36,920 bases of DNA from Nemertoderma westbladi (lineage: Eukaryota > Animalia > Xenacoelomorpha). The stretch's first letter is position 1. Every line of letters starts with the position of its first letter. Both the position numbers and the translations under genes were made by a program. The stretch covers positions 1 through 36,920 of the forward strand of contig JAUCBJ010007714.1 in assembly GCA_032718475.1 (NCBI GenBank), written 5' to 3'. Below, in pieces: positions 22,269 to 35,759 of this stretch. Under the pieces are notes generated by a model. That model was not told the origin of the DNA. It did not search any database and was given only the letters and a program-made list of their open reading frames with translations.

Positions 22269-25200
22269 CATAAACTCTATCCACCAACCCATCAGAACCA
22301 TAAACTATATCCACCAACCCATTGGAACCATAAACTCTATCCACCAACCCATCGTAACCCTAAACTCTATCCACCAACCCATCAGAACCAAAAATTATAT
22401 CCACCAATCCATCAGAACCATAATCTCTATCCACCAACCCATTGGAACCATAAACTCTATTCACCAACCCATCGGAACTATAAACTCTATCCAGTAATCC
22501 ATTGGAACCATAAACTCTATCCAGTAACCCATCGGAACCCTACACTCTATCCAGTAACCCATCGGAACCCTAAACTCTATTCACCAACCCATCAGAACCA
22601 TAAACTCTATCCAGTAACCCATCGGAACCCTAAACTCTATCCACCAACCCATCGGAACCCTAATTCGATCCAGTAATCCGTCGGACTCATAAACTCCTCT
22701 CAGTAACCCATCGGAACCCTAAACAAACTCCTATACACCAACCCATCGGAACCATAACCTCTATCCACCAACCCATCGGACTCATAAACTCTGTCCAGTA
22801 ACCCATCGGAACCATAAACTCTATCCACCAACCCATCAGAACCATAAACTCTATCCAGTAACCCATCGGAACCCTAAACTCTATCCACCAACCCATCGGA
22901 ACCCGAATTCGATCCAGTAACCCGTCGGACTCATAAACTCCTCTCAGTAACCCATCGGAACTCTAAACTATCTCCTATCCACCAACCCATCGGAACCATA
23001 ACCTCTATCCACCAACCCATCGGACTCATAAACTCTGTCCAGTAACCCATCGGAACCATAAACTCTATTCACCAACCCATCGGAACCATAACTTCTATCC
23101 ACCAACCCATCGGACTCATACACTCTATCCACCAACACATCGGAACCATAATCTCTATCCACCAACCCATCGGACTCATAAACTCTGTCCAGTAATCCAT
23201 CGGAACCATAAACTCTCTCCACCAACCCATCGGAACCATAACTTCTATCCACCAACCCATCGGAACCATAAACTATATCCACCAACCCATCGGAACCATA
23301 ACCTCTATCCACCAACCCATCGGACTCATAAACTCTGTCCAGTAATCCATCGGAACCATAAACTCTATCCACCAACCCATCGGAACCATAACTTCTATCC
23401 ACCAACCCATCGGACTCATAAACTCTTTCCACCAACCCATCGGAACCATAAACTCTATCCACCAACCCATCGAGAACCATAAACTCTATCCACCAACTAA
23501 TCGGACCCATAACTTCTATCCACCAACCCATCGGACTCATAAACTCTATCCACCAACCCATCGGGAACAATTAACTCTATCCACCAACCCATCGGAAACA
23601 TACGCTCTATCCAGTAACCCATCGGACTCATAAACTCTTTCCAGTAATCCATCGGAACCATAACCTCTATCCACCAACCCATCGGAACCATAACCTGTAT
23701 CCACCAACCCAACGAAACCATAAACTCTATTCACCAACCCATCAGAATCATAAACTCTATCCAGTAACCCATCGGAACCCTAAACTCTATCCACCAACCC
23801 ATCGGAACCCTAATTCGATCCAGTAATCCGTCGGACTCATAAACTCCTCTCAGTAACCCATCGGAACCCTAAACAATCTCCTATACACCAACCCATCGGA
23901 ACCATAACCTCTATCCACCAACCCATCGGACTCATAAACTCTGTCCAGTAATCCATCGGAACAATAACCTCTATCCACCAACCCATCGGAACCATAAACT
24001 CTATCCACCAACCCATCGGAACCATAACTTCTATCCAACCCATCGGACTCATACACTCTATCCACCAACCCATCGGAACCATAACTTCTATCCACCAACC
24101 CATCGGACTCATAAACTCTATCCACCAACCCATCGGAAACCATAACCTCTATCCACCAACCCATCGGACTCATAAACTCTGTCCAGTAATCCATCGGAAC
24201 CATAAACTCTATCCACCAACCCTTCGGAACCATAACTTCTATCCACCAACCCATCGGACTCATAAACTCTATCCACCAACCCATCGGAAACATAACCTCT
24301 ATCCACCAACCCATCGGACTCATAAACTCTGTCCAGTAATCCATCGGAACCATAAACTCTATCCACCAACCCATCGGAACCATAACCTCTATCCACCAAC
24401 CCATCGGACTCATAAACTCTGTCCAGTAATCCATCGGAACCATAAACTCTATCTACCAACCCATCGGACTCATAAACTCTGTCCAGTAATCCATCGGAAC
24501 CATAAACTCTATCTACCAACCCATCGGAACCATAACTTCTATCCACCAACCCATCGGACTCATAAACTCTATCCACCAACCCATCGGAACCATAACCTCT
24601 ATCCACCAACCCATCGGACTCATAAACTCTGTCCAGTAATCCATCGGAACCATAAACTCTATCTACCAACCCATCGGAACCATAACTTCTATCCACCAAC
24701 CCATCGGACTCATAAACTCTCTATCACCAAACCATCGGAACCATAACTCTATCCACCAACCCATCGGAACCATAAGCTCTATCCAGTAACCCATCGGACT
24801 CATAAACTCTTTCCAGTAATCCACCGGAACCATAAACTCTATCCACCAACCCATCGGAACCATAACTTCTATCCACCAACCCATCGGACTCATAAACTCT
24901 ATCCACCAACCCATCGGAACCATATCCTCTATCTACCAACCCATCGGAACCATAACCTCTATCCACCAACACATCGGGAACCATAAACTCTATCCACCAA
25001 ACCATAGGAACCATAAACTCTATCCACCAACCCATCGGACTCATAAACTCAGTCCAGTAATCCATCGGAACCATAAACTCTATCCACCAACCCATCGGAC
25101 TCATAAACTCTATCCACCAACCCATCGGAACCATAACCTCCATCCACCAACCCATCGTTACCATAAACTCTATCCACCAACCCATCTGAACCATAACTTC

Positions 25201-26241
25201 TATCCACCAACCCATCGGAACCATAAACTCTATCCACCAACCCATCGGACTCATAAACTCTATCCACCAACCCATCGGAACCATAACCTCTATCCACCAA
25301 CCCATCAAACCATAAACTCTATCCACCAACCCATCGGAACCATAACCTGTATCCACCAACCCATCGGAACCATAAACTCTATCCACCAACCCATTGGAAC
25401 CATAACCTCTATCCACCAACCCATCGGAACCGTAAACTCTATCCACCAACCCATCGGACTCATAAACTCTATCCACCAACCCATCGGAACCATAACCTCT
25501 ATCCACCAACCCATCGGAACCATAAACTCTATCCACCAACCCATCGGACTCATAAACTCTATCCACCAACCCATCGGAACCATAAACTATATCCACCAAC
25601 CCATCTGAACCATAACTTCTATCCACCAACCCATCGGAACCATAAACTCTATCCACCAACCCATCGGACTCATAAACTCTATCCACCAACCCATCGGAAC
25701 CATAACCTCTATCCACCAACCCATCGAAACCATAAACTCTATCCACCAACCCATCGGAACCATAACCTGTATCCACCAACCCATCGGAACCATAAACTCT
25801 ATCCACCAACCCATCGGAACCATAACCTCTATCCACCAACCCATCGGAACCATAAACTCTATCCACCAACCCATCGGAACCATAACCTCTATCCACAAAC
25901 CCATCGGAACCATAACCTCTATCCACCAACCCATCGGGAACCATAAACTCTATCCACCAAACCATCGGAACAATAAACTCTATCCACCAACCCATCGGAC
26001 TCATTAACTCTGTCCAGTAATCCATCGGAACCATAACCTCTATCCACCAACCCATCGGAACCACAATAAATATATCCACCAACCCATCGGAACCATAACC
26101 TCTATCCACCAACCCATCGGAACCATAAACTCTATCCAGTAACCCATTGGAACCATAACCTCTATCCACCAACCCATCGGAACCATAAACTATATCCACT
26201 AACCCATCGGAACCATGAACTCTGTCCACTAAGCCATCGGA
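22269..26241. repeat. ~4-kb 30-bp minisatellite (ccataaactctatccaccaacccatcggaa)n, ~130 copies
   Basis: Direct observation; several variant units and 1-2 bp indels. Confidence 0.99.
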
Positions 26242-26469
26242 GTTATAAGATTTGGCAACTGAACTGGATCTTAATTACTGGTAAGTAATAACTATATGAT
26301 TTTTTTGCCTTTGCTTGGTCACATTACAAACCTATCATCGAACATTCGTCAATAAACATATTTCTATACATTAAACTATGATATACTAGATATATAGTAT
26401 ATTGCATGTCACAGTAATATAAATTAAATGAAACTAAAACATGAGTAGACTAGACTATGTCACTAATAC

Positions 26470-26700
26470 ATACTACTAGGACGAGAGAGAATTGACTGGA
26501 CAGTTGAAATGAGATTTATTCATAGTTGTCGCAATTTCGTTTCTCTCAAGTTCAGTATCCCTTTCAAGTTGGTCTTTATATGTTATAGCCGGTCGGCCAC
26601 GCCTACACTTTCATTGTGTTGGTTGCCAGAAAAGCAGATCTGGTATTAAGACCTCATGTTTACTTCTCCAGCAGTGCCCACTGAATCTTAATCTGCATTC
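26470..26700 (-). mobile_element. 3' end fragment of a second, older RTE family
   Basis: Minus strand reads RLRFSGHCWRSKHEVLIPDLLFWQPTQ*KCRRGRPAITYKDQLERDTEL, followed by a short tagtagta tail. Confidence 0.75.
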
Positions 26701-27230
26701 ACGGGGGTTGTGTGGTTGATAAATGTGTTATATGTCATATTGTTGACATATGTTCGTATTGTCATATTGTTGTCCCCAGATGTTATGTTTATCATTAATG
26801 TTTCATTTTTCTGTTAAAATGACATTTTATTATTCCTTATTTATTTATAGATTAAGAATTTAATCGCAAGAAGAAACACAATTTAGTAAATTGAACGAAG
26901 GAACTGGACTATTTCGTGTAACTTAAGATGATTCGCCATTTACAAACTCCAGTTGGTCGCCACTATCTCAATAAACATTAAAGTAAGTGTAGCATCCATT
27001 CATAAAATAAACACTGACTTTTTTACTTAGATCTTTATAATGATACAGTACCGGTATTGTTTTCTTATATTAAATAATAACAGCAGACTAGTTGTTGTTT
27101 ATTAAGTTGCACAGACTTTGTTAAACTAATGTGTTAGTTGGATAGTACGCAAACACGAATCTGGGCCGAACTGAACCAGATAGACCATTATTCTGTTTCA
27201 TAGGAAACAAAGGAGCTCTATACAAGACTA

Positions 27231-28732
27231 TAATGCTTTTACACTTCGACACTTCTCCAGTGATCACCGCCTTATTGTGGCCAAGGTAAGAATTAGTCTG
27301 CGTGCTAGCAGAACAACGAAATCTGCCATGCAGCGGCATGACTGGTCCTCTCTGTTGCAACAGCCAAGTGTGAGATCCAGGCTTGTCAACAAAATTGCAC
27401 CGCCACAACTCCCTATCACCCATGACATTTGCTAGATCATCCGCATCTTTAAGGCCAGTGTCCTTTAAGATGCGTCTCAAGAAAGTCATGGGCTGTCCAC
27501 CATGCTTATTCACTCCATGAGGCTGCCAAAGTACAAGATTATGCACTGGCTGGTCCTCACGGCGAAAGCAATGTCCTGCAAAGCGGAGGCGATTTTGTTC
27601 TAGTGTCAAGCTTGGGGGAACCAATGAGACACCTCCAATGTTATATAGTGTCTGGTTGGAGATGTGTGCATTGTACTTGACACAATGAACCCGGCGTAGC
27701 ATTCTTGTGAATGTGCCATCCAGAGATTTGGTGTCCTCAGCAGTTAGAGCCCAGCATGGACTCCCGTAGAGGAGTACTGGAACTACTGCTGCTCTAAATA
27801 ATCGGACCTTAAGTTTCCGATTAATTCTAGGTGACTTCCAAATCCTGGAAAGCCTATTCAAGGCTGCCCATGCCTTTCCCTTACGTATTCGAAGGTCCTC
27901 ACCTGACTTCCGGATCCATGATCCCAGGTAACAGAAGTCGTCCACATGCTCAAGCATACCATCCTTTGAGCTTATGCTCATCCGATCAGAAACTTGCTGG
28001 GGACATTCAAAGTTAACTGTCAGAATTTTGGTCTTTCTGGAGTTAATAAAAAGACCAGCACTAGAAGCAGCATGTTCTAATGAGCTGAGGAGCCGTTGGG
28101 CTCCCTCTAATGATTCTGAGAGTACTCCTAAGTCATCAGCAAAGTCTAGATCAGTTAGGTACTTGGCAGGATTTCCTCGACTTCTGGAGCCAGTAGGTGG
28201 AGTTATCATCACCCCATCATCATTATGATGATCTAAGGACATGCGTAGAACATAGTCAACCACAATAATGAACAAGAATGGTGCAAGTGTGTCTCCTTGG
28301 AGGACGCCCCATAACACTTCAAATGGTTCTGTGTCACCGTCAACAGTAGTGAAAAGCCGCCCTTACTGGGCGGAAAAGCCAACCAACCACCAAGGTTAAG
28401 GCTGAATCACCAGCCGATCGCCTCAATGGCTGGAAAGCCCACTTTGAAAAGCTCCTCAATAATGACAGGATGTTGCCTGATAAATTTATATAAGTAAAAG
28501 TGTCTGAGTCTGTACTCCCAGATATTCCCATTGGCGATATCTCCTTTGCAGAAGTGAAGGCTGCTGCAAAGAGAAGACAGGCATCTGGCTGTTATCTTTG
28601 TTGACTTCTCCAAGGCCTTTGATTCACTCTCTCGCCTATGTATGTTCATCATACTTTCATTATATGGGATTCCTGATGAAATTATTGCAGCAATCAGATC
28701 AGTATACGGTGGTTCGACAACAGTTGTGTCTA
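27231..28732. mobile_element. Rearranged RTE element: EN C-terminus (+, ~27231-27380), RT 3' half (-, 27380-28349), linker and RT N-part (+, ~28350-28732)
   Basis: SDHRLIVAKVRISL on +; GVLQGDTLAPFLF, DFADD, YLGS, FAGHC on -; WKAHFEKLL and VIFVDFSKAFDSL..YGIP on +. Confidence 0.9.
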
Positions 28733-28739
28733 TCGAGGA

Positions 28740-29197
28740 CCAAGGAATATGAGGTGATGCAAGGGCTGAGGGAACATGGGGTGACAGAAGTGGGGGAAAA
28801 ACCAACCAATGGGGGGGGGGGGGGGGGGGGGGCGCAGCTGGCAAGTATAACGTGTATCCTTTGGTCAGTCGCCATGTAGGTAGGACTGTGTAATAAGTTT
28901 CCCCATAGTTTCCATATATCTGTTGGACAATATTAACTGTGTTCAGTTGGCTATTAATTACTGTGGATGTCGGACTGTATACCACCGTCGCCGTAGTTTC
29001 TATTGATTGTGCTGTAATTTGTCTACTGGTACTTATATACATATCAGCTATTATTAACAACGATAAACCAATAACTCTTGTATTTTACCAGCCTACGGCC
29101 TTCAGCCTTCATAGTCATTATAAACACGGCGATGCGTAGGAAACACGACAAGAGATTTACCCGGTCGGGATCCCACGCCAACTCGGATCCCGTCACA
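28740..29197 (+). mobile_element. Partial LTR related to 3450-4088 (5' end not found)
   Basis: Ends ccggtcgggatcc...gatcccgtcaca like the solo LTR; also shares gctattatt, acggcct and acgg.ga..gtag blocks; no TSD found. Confidence 0.6.
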
Positions 29198-30184
29198 TAT
29201 TATTATATTATTTCTTTATTTACAGAATAACCGTGAATCAAAAAAGAAATCCTAATAAAGTAATCCAACCCTCTACAGAAAGAAGTTCAGATGTTGTAAC
29301 GACAAACTGTCCTAATTATTCCATTGAAGATCAGATCAAATGATTGAATAACATCAGTTCAATTCCGTATCTTACAGAATATTACATTTAGTTACAAAAA
29401 ATAATTTATAGTATTTTGTATTAATTTTAATTTATGGAATTTTCTAACTCTATTTATATAAAAAATAATAACAAAGATTTATTAGTATTTTCCATAGGGA
29501 GAGCTCGCAATGTTTGCTAAAATTAGATATAAAATATTTAATTTATATCAGATGTAAATACAATAATGATATAAATTTCTTTCAATTTATTTCCATTTTA
29601 ATTCGTTCTTGGTTGATATTATTCCCATATTATCTGTATTGAGTATTCGAGTAATACCTGTGTATCTGCTACGTCTCTTTGGTAGATACAAACCTGGTCC
29701 ATCCACTAAAAAAACGTTTTAATTATAACTCAGAGGTTCCCATTGGTTATATTATTAACCAATCGGTTCTTTAACCAATAAAACATTGGTTTACAATGAG
29801 TGTAACGGAGTTGGTTCCCATTCAGAACTACTATAATGTTATATGTTTATCTAATCTATTCTAATTATCTCGGTCCCACTGTGGCTGGTTGTGGTTTCCC
29901 TAAAGTTACCCGACAACCCTATGTCATTGTACGTCCGTCCGTGTTACTAAACTATCAACTCTGTTTGGACAACCGCACTCCATTCTGCACCCAAAAACAC
30001 CAGTTCAGCTATTTATATCCTTATAAAGGATATATTTAGCATTAATTACAGCGATCAGTGGATTGGTTACAGACTTGTTCAGTAAACCCAGGGGGGTCTG
30101 TATTGGATACACAGGGTTCCTTCACTATATAATTACATTCCTATATGGAACACTGACATGAAACCAAATCAGATTTTCAGCTGT

Positions 30185-30310
30185 TGTAATTATTGAAGGA
30201 TCATTATTGTGAGCTAACCCTATTCCTTTATATTAATTATTTGTATTTATTGAAGGATCATTATTGTGAGCTAACCCTATTCCTTTATATTAATTAATTA
30301 TTTGTAATTA
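30185..30310. repeat. ~57-bp tandem duplication
   Basis: tattgaaggatcattattgtgagctaaccctattcctttatattaatt occurs twice in tandem. Confidence 0.9.
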
Positions 30311-30399
30311 TTCGGTTAAATTGATGCAATTTAATTGGATTGTGTCCCAGTTATTTATATTTAGTCATATTAAAGAAATTATGTGAATATTAATAACAT

Positions 30400-31580
30400 A
30401 ATAATATTAGAAAGCTAGGGGGAGTGAGGGGTGGGGGGTGGTGTAAGTTAGTCTGTTTCATTGGGGAGGGGGAGGGTGTAGGTTTGACTGTTCCATCGGG
30501 GTGGTGGGGAGGATGGGGGAGGGGGGGAGGAGGGGGGGGGGGGGGGTACTAGGGACCATGGACCACCTTGTAGAGTCCCTCGTTGTTAGTGAGTGGAGGG
30601 TCCACGGTCCCCATAATGGAGGCCGCATTTCCGACCACAATGGCAACAGCCAGTCTCTGCAGGAGGAAGCGGTGAGAAGATCGGGGCTAAGGTAACAGAG
30701 TGGAACTCGAATGTATCAGGGCCGGGGCAGCCCAAGGTCTCGTAGGCTACCGGGTGGAAGAGGTAGCCCTGGTCCATGAGTTCCAGGTACTGCAGTGCGG
30801 CCTCCGGCGTAGATCGTCTGGGCGAGGTGGCTGGTCGTCAGTGGGTCGGCCACCATCGCTTCCCATGTGAGGAACCGCCCGCGGCTCCACGGGACCAGGG
30901 TGACGCCATATACTCGCTTCCCGTCCCCGAAACATGCCTAGTGGTTCAAGTGTAGTGGGGATGCCACAGCTGATGAACGCCTGGGGCAAAAAGTCGTTCA
31001 AAATTGAGTGGCGCGGAAGTCTGCCGAGGCTCCTTGAGCAGCAAAGACCATGGAGGCCATCCGACAGAACGTCCGAAGTCCGCCAGCTTCAGTCCCAGAG
31101 AGCTGACAGGGATGGCATCAAGCCAGCAGCAGCCAGCCGTGACAGGATGGTCCGGGGAGTTCATTCTTGCCACCCCGGATGGTTTGAGGGACTCCTGCAA
31201 GTTTGGTAGCCTGGTGTCGTGGACAGGGGTCAGGAAGGACCCTTGTTTGGTGGATGTGAGTGGGAAAGTAGCGGGGAGAGGTGGCGTCCTGGTCGGTGGT
31301 GTTGGTGTTGCGGGTGGTGGCGGTGGTGTCGCTGATGGTGGTGGTAGCTTCCCGGTCGGAGGCAGTGGTGTCTCTGGAGGTGGCAATGGCAGAGTCATCG
31401 CGAGTGGTGGCAGTGGCATGGTGGACTGTGGTGAAAGCGTCATGGGTGGTGGTGCTGGTATGGCAGATGGTGGCATAGCAGATGATTTGAGTAGGAGAGA
31501 CCAGAGCAGGCAGCTGATGAAGCCAGAAAAGGAGGAATGTGCGAGCTGCACAGCTGAGGTCAGTGTTGCTGCATTCATGA
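30400..31580 (-). mobile_element. Degenerate 5'-truncated CRE-like retrotransposon (second family; RLE region)
   Basis: Fragments SAVQLA, WLDAIPVSSLGLKL, RHSILND, GIPTTLEPLG, DGKR..GVTLVPWSRG, YLFHPVAYETLG across frameshifts; boundaries approximate. Confidence 0.75.
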
Positions 31581-31856
31581 ATTCTGCCTTTAGATTACTT
31601 ATTTTAACAATTTTGGTCCAAAACTACATTTTTTATTGATATAATACCAGTTACGGTGTAATATTAATTATTCCTATTGAATTATTTTCTGGTAAGGGTT
31701 TTTACGCCATCTAGTGCCATTATACCCATATTCGAATTGATAGGATGCCTTACTGAGATTCGTGACGTCTTATTGGCCCGTATTATTGCCTTGAGTAAAC
31801 CTGATATGTAATATCTGCTGGTTGATCATTTTATCCACTCAGCACATTAACATATT

Positions 31857-32920
31857 ACTACTACTACTAGTATCGGCATGCTGCATTGCAGCTGCATTTT
31901 TAAGAATGCTCTGCCGGCTTGTCGACAAAATTGCGCCGCCACAACGCCCTATCACCCATGACATTTGCTAGATCATCCGCATCTTCAAGGCCAGTGTCCT
32001 TTAAGATGCGTCTCAAGAAAGTCATGGGCTGTCCAACATGCTTATTCACTCCATGAGGATGCCAAAGTACAAGATTATGCACTGGCTGGTCCTCACGGCG
32101 AAAGCAATGTCCTGCAAAGCGGAGGCGATTTTGTTCTAGTGTCGAGCTTGGGGAACCAATGAGACACCTCCGATGTTATATAGTGTCTGGTTGGAGATGT
32201 GTGCATTGTACTTGACACAATGAACCCGGCGTAGCATTCTTGTGAATGTGCCATCCAGAGATTTGGTGTCCTCAGCAGTTAGAGCCCAGCATGGACTCCC
32301 GTAGAGGAGTACTGGAACTACTGCTGCTCTAAATAATCGGACCTTAAGTTTCCGATTAATTCTCGGTGACTTCCAAATCCTGGAAAGCCTATTCAAGGCT
32401 GCCCATGCCTTTCCCTTACGTATTCGAATGTCCTCACCTGACTTCCGGATCCATGATCCCAGGTAACAGAAGTCGTCCACATGCTCAAGCATACCATCCT
32501 TTGAACTTATGCTCATCCGATCAGAGACTTGCTGAGAACTTTCAAAGTTAACTGTCAAAATTTTGGTCTTTCTGGAGTTAATAAAAAGACCAACACTAGA
32601 AGCAGCATGTTCTAAAAAGCTGAGAAGCCGTTGGGCTCCCTCTAGTGATTCTGAGAGTACTCCTAAGTCATCAGCAAAGTCTAGATCAGTTAGGTACTTG
32701 GCAGGATTTCCTCGACTTTTGGAGCCAGTAGGTGGAGTTATCATCACCCCATCAACATTATGATGATCTAAGGACATGCGTAGAACATAGTCAACCACAA
32801 TTATGAACAAGAATGGTGCAAGTGTGTCTCCCTGGAGGACGCCCCATAACACTTCAAATGGTTCTGTGTCACCGTCAACAGTAGACACAAATGTTGTCGA
32901 ACCATCGTATACTGATCTGA
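31857..32920 (-). mobile_element. 5'-truncated RTE copy with (AGT)n tail and 14-bp TSD
   Basis: RT motifs QGDTLAP, DFADD, YLGS; 1-bp frameshift near 32150; TSD cacattaacatatt at 31843-31856 and 32946-32959. Confidence 0.93.
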
Positions 32921-34215
32921 CATATTAACATATATAGTAACATGACACATTAACATATTGCAGAGGAGTTACCTCCAATAATGCAGGGCCTTTGGATGCT
33001 GGTCAGATTACTGATGACCAGCGTTTATTACATGCCTTTATGTCTTTATGTTATATGCCTTTGCCGTTAATGTCTGTGTCTTGGTGACATTATAATATTA
33101 TTATTAATTGATATTCTGTCGTTAAACTCAATTTACTCTCTTTGTTTGTTTAATATAATCGCCGATATTACGAAATCAAGGAAGTTTTACACGCGCCAGA
33201 ATAAGGTGGGTCTCTACAATTAAGTATCAGTGATAATCTGGACAATTGTATTAGATTCGTGTGTTGTCGTACCTCCGATTCACCAAATAATTAATATATG
33301 GCGATATCTCAGACTATTATTATAAGCAAAGCCCTTATTATTAATCACATCACGATTGAGAGTTGTCACAAATTGAATCACGGTAGCGATATCAATATAA
33401 TTAGACATAAAGACAAGTCACAATACGTTTCCCCTAAAGGGAAACACAAACACAAGACTTGAGTCCTTACATAATTAATTAGTCAGTAATTTACTTGTTA
33501 TACTATGTTGGCACACCCTCCCGGTATCATATCTCAGTTAAATACAATAGATAATCAAATACCGTATCGAACCAAATAAGTTATAGAGCAAATCAATACA
33601 TAAGAAGGAAATAAAAGGGGAGATCAATCGATACAGTGAGCGGCCCTCGGTTACTTACAGGTACACTAGCGCAACTCCGCTCATTGTATCAGACCAGGTC
33701 CACAGTGCGGAACCTCTGCGTAGTTGCAAAATAAAGTAAAGTGTCAATATAGACGAGATTGAGATTGAAGGAACATATTTATTATTAAAGCGCTAACAGT
33801 CATTCCAAGACCCCTACAGAAAACAGGATTGCGCCCACGCGGAGGGAGTCGTCCAGATGGGTGTTGGAGATCTCCAGCAAGGGGCCCCCCCGTATTCGTA
33901 TTCTTCCAGCAGCCCCGGGAAAGAAAAATAATTTATAAAAATTTTTTTACTTTTCTACTTTTTCACTTTTTTTACTTTTTATAAATATAGGGATGTATAT
34001 TATTTATTAATAATATATATATTTATAGAACCATCAATTTTCCAAGCAGTTTTATGTATGATTATTAAATTAGTTATAACTCTTCTTTTAATTAAAAACC
34101 CAAATTTAAAAATTTAAAATATATATTTCACATATATGTCATTATGTTATTATATTATGTCATTCGTTGCTGTACTGTATGCACTGACTGACTTTCCTAT
34201 TGACTCATTGATAGA

Positions 34216-35700
34216 ATGACTGAAACTGACGACGTCGTTCTAATAGAGGATGGCGTCCTCTGCTTCGCCTACCAACGAACACTGCGTGGGGCGCCTTTTG
34301 ACAACATAACTGACTGCATGATGCTTTGGCCGGGGTTATATACTAGTGGTTTAGAGAAATCGCGTACAACGTTATTAGAGATTCTGCTTCTTAATTCTGG
34401 TTCTGGAGATGGAAACAGACGTGAAATGACTAAGAAGTTTGGGACGAAGCACACGGGGAAATGAAAAGTCCGCCATGTCCGCCGACTACTACCCGTAACA
34501 GCTTCTCCTACTTAGATCCCAATGTTCCGGGGTCTAGCCAGGCTCAGTTATACAACCCTGTTGCCCTGCAGGCTGCTTATTATCCAAACCTGCTGTTTAG
34601 CCAGCCGTAACTTATTTGATACATATTTTTATTCATTTCTTTTAAATATTTTTTTACAATCAAAATGGCGAATAAACTTAAAATTGCTTCATATAATTGT
34701 AACTCTGTACGGTGCGCAGAGTCGATCTTTGTTATTAGTGAAATTTGTAAAACCTGTGATATTTTGATCTTACAGGAAAATATGCTTTCTAAACAGGATT
34801 TGTCGTTTTAAAATACCCTGCATCCTGATTTTTTAGCGAGGGGCCCCAGCCCAGTCGACTATTCAGATGGCGTATTAATCGGACGTCCTCACGGTGGCCT
34901 GGCCTTTCTGTATAGGAAGTCGATCGCTCACCGTATTTATATTATAGATTACAATAATGCAAGAGTCTTAGGTGCTACGATAAATCTAAATAGCGGACAA
35001 AGTCTTTTGCTATTAAATATTTACTTGCCTTTTGAGTGCCCAGAAAATCTTCGATTTATTTTCAGAACGTTTAGGTACGATTAAATCTATTGTACATAAC
35101 TGATGTTTTCAATTACGTAATAATAATAGGTGACTTTAACTCAAATCCTAAAAAAGTATTTTTTAACGAAGTTAAAGAATGGTCCGAATCGTGTAATTTA
35201 ATTATTTCTGATGTTGAGACTTTACCTGATAATACTTTCACTTATATCAGCGACTCTCATTTAACAACGTCTTGGTTAGACCATATTATTTGTGCAAAAG
35301 TTACTCATGATAGATATTATTGATAATATTTCAGTAAATTGCGATCTGACGTTTCGGGATCATTTACCGGTAAATATTACTTTAAATCTTCCAATTGATT
35401 TATCCAGTGCTTGCGAGGGGACAGGGGATCCCACCAATTGTGCTCCTAATGTGAGCAGTGATAAATTCACTTGGGACCATTAAAATAGCAATCAATATTG
35501 CGGGATATGCTGATCGTGTGAATTGTATTCTAAGTGAAAATTGTTTTTCTAATAGTCTACGGGAATGTAGAGATCCGAACTGTACACAGCATATTACCGA
35601 AATTGATGATTTATATAATAGTGTAACTAATATTTTATTATCTAGCAGTAAACTGTTTATTAAAACCTCCAACAACTACGGTAATTGTACAAATAATTAT
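34216..35700 (+). mobile_element. 5' part of a decayed APE-type LINE (Proto2/RTEX-like): possible ORF1 start plus AP endonuclease
   Basis: From ATG 34665: IASYNCNS, ILQE, GRPHGGLAFLYRK, NIYLP, IIGDFN, FTY.S...TTSWLDH, DHLP, CRDPNC..H..IDDLY with stops/frameshifts; ORF1 assignment and clade are tentative. Confidence 0.8.
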
Positions 35701-35759
35701 AATTAATAATTAAATGCTTGAGTTAATACAATTATTTTATTCTTTAATTGTCAAGCTGA

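Noticed and set aside
21987-26229. Many repetitive ORFs (YGSDGLVDR, MGWWIE, HKLYPPTH)
   Set aside because: By-products of a 30-bp unit lacking stops in some frames; frequent frameshifting indels
9005-26241. Common origin of the two 30-bp arrays
   Set aside because: Same period but no convincing sequence similarity on either strand
28811-28832. Poly-G tract (also G-runs at 30520-30546) as a functional G-quadruplex
   Set aside because: Lies in decayed elements; homopolymer length is unreliable; no evidence of function
28407-29060. 217-aa minus-strand ORF
   Set aside because: Spans an LTR fragment, poly-C and antisense RTE sequence; chance chimera
29801-30071. Possible solo LTR (tgtaac...gttaca)
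   Set aside because: No TSD and no other support
32998-33022. Hairpin containing CTGATGA (hammerhead core or Helitron end)
   Set aside because: No stem II-GAAA downstream and no terminal CTRR
33506-33798. Possible solo LTR (tgttggcac...gcgctaaca)
   Set aside because: Flanks TACTA and GTCAT do not form a TSD; no second copy in the window
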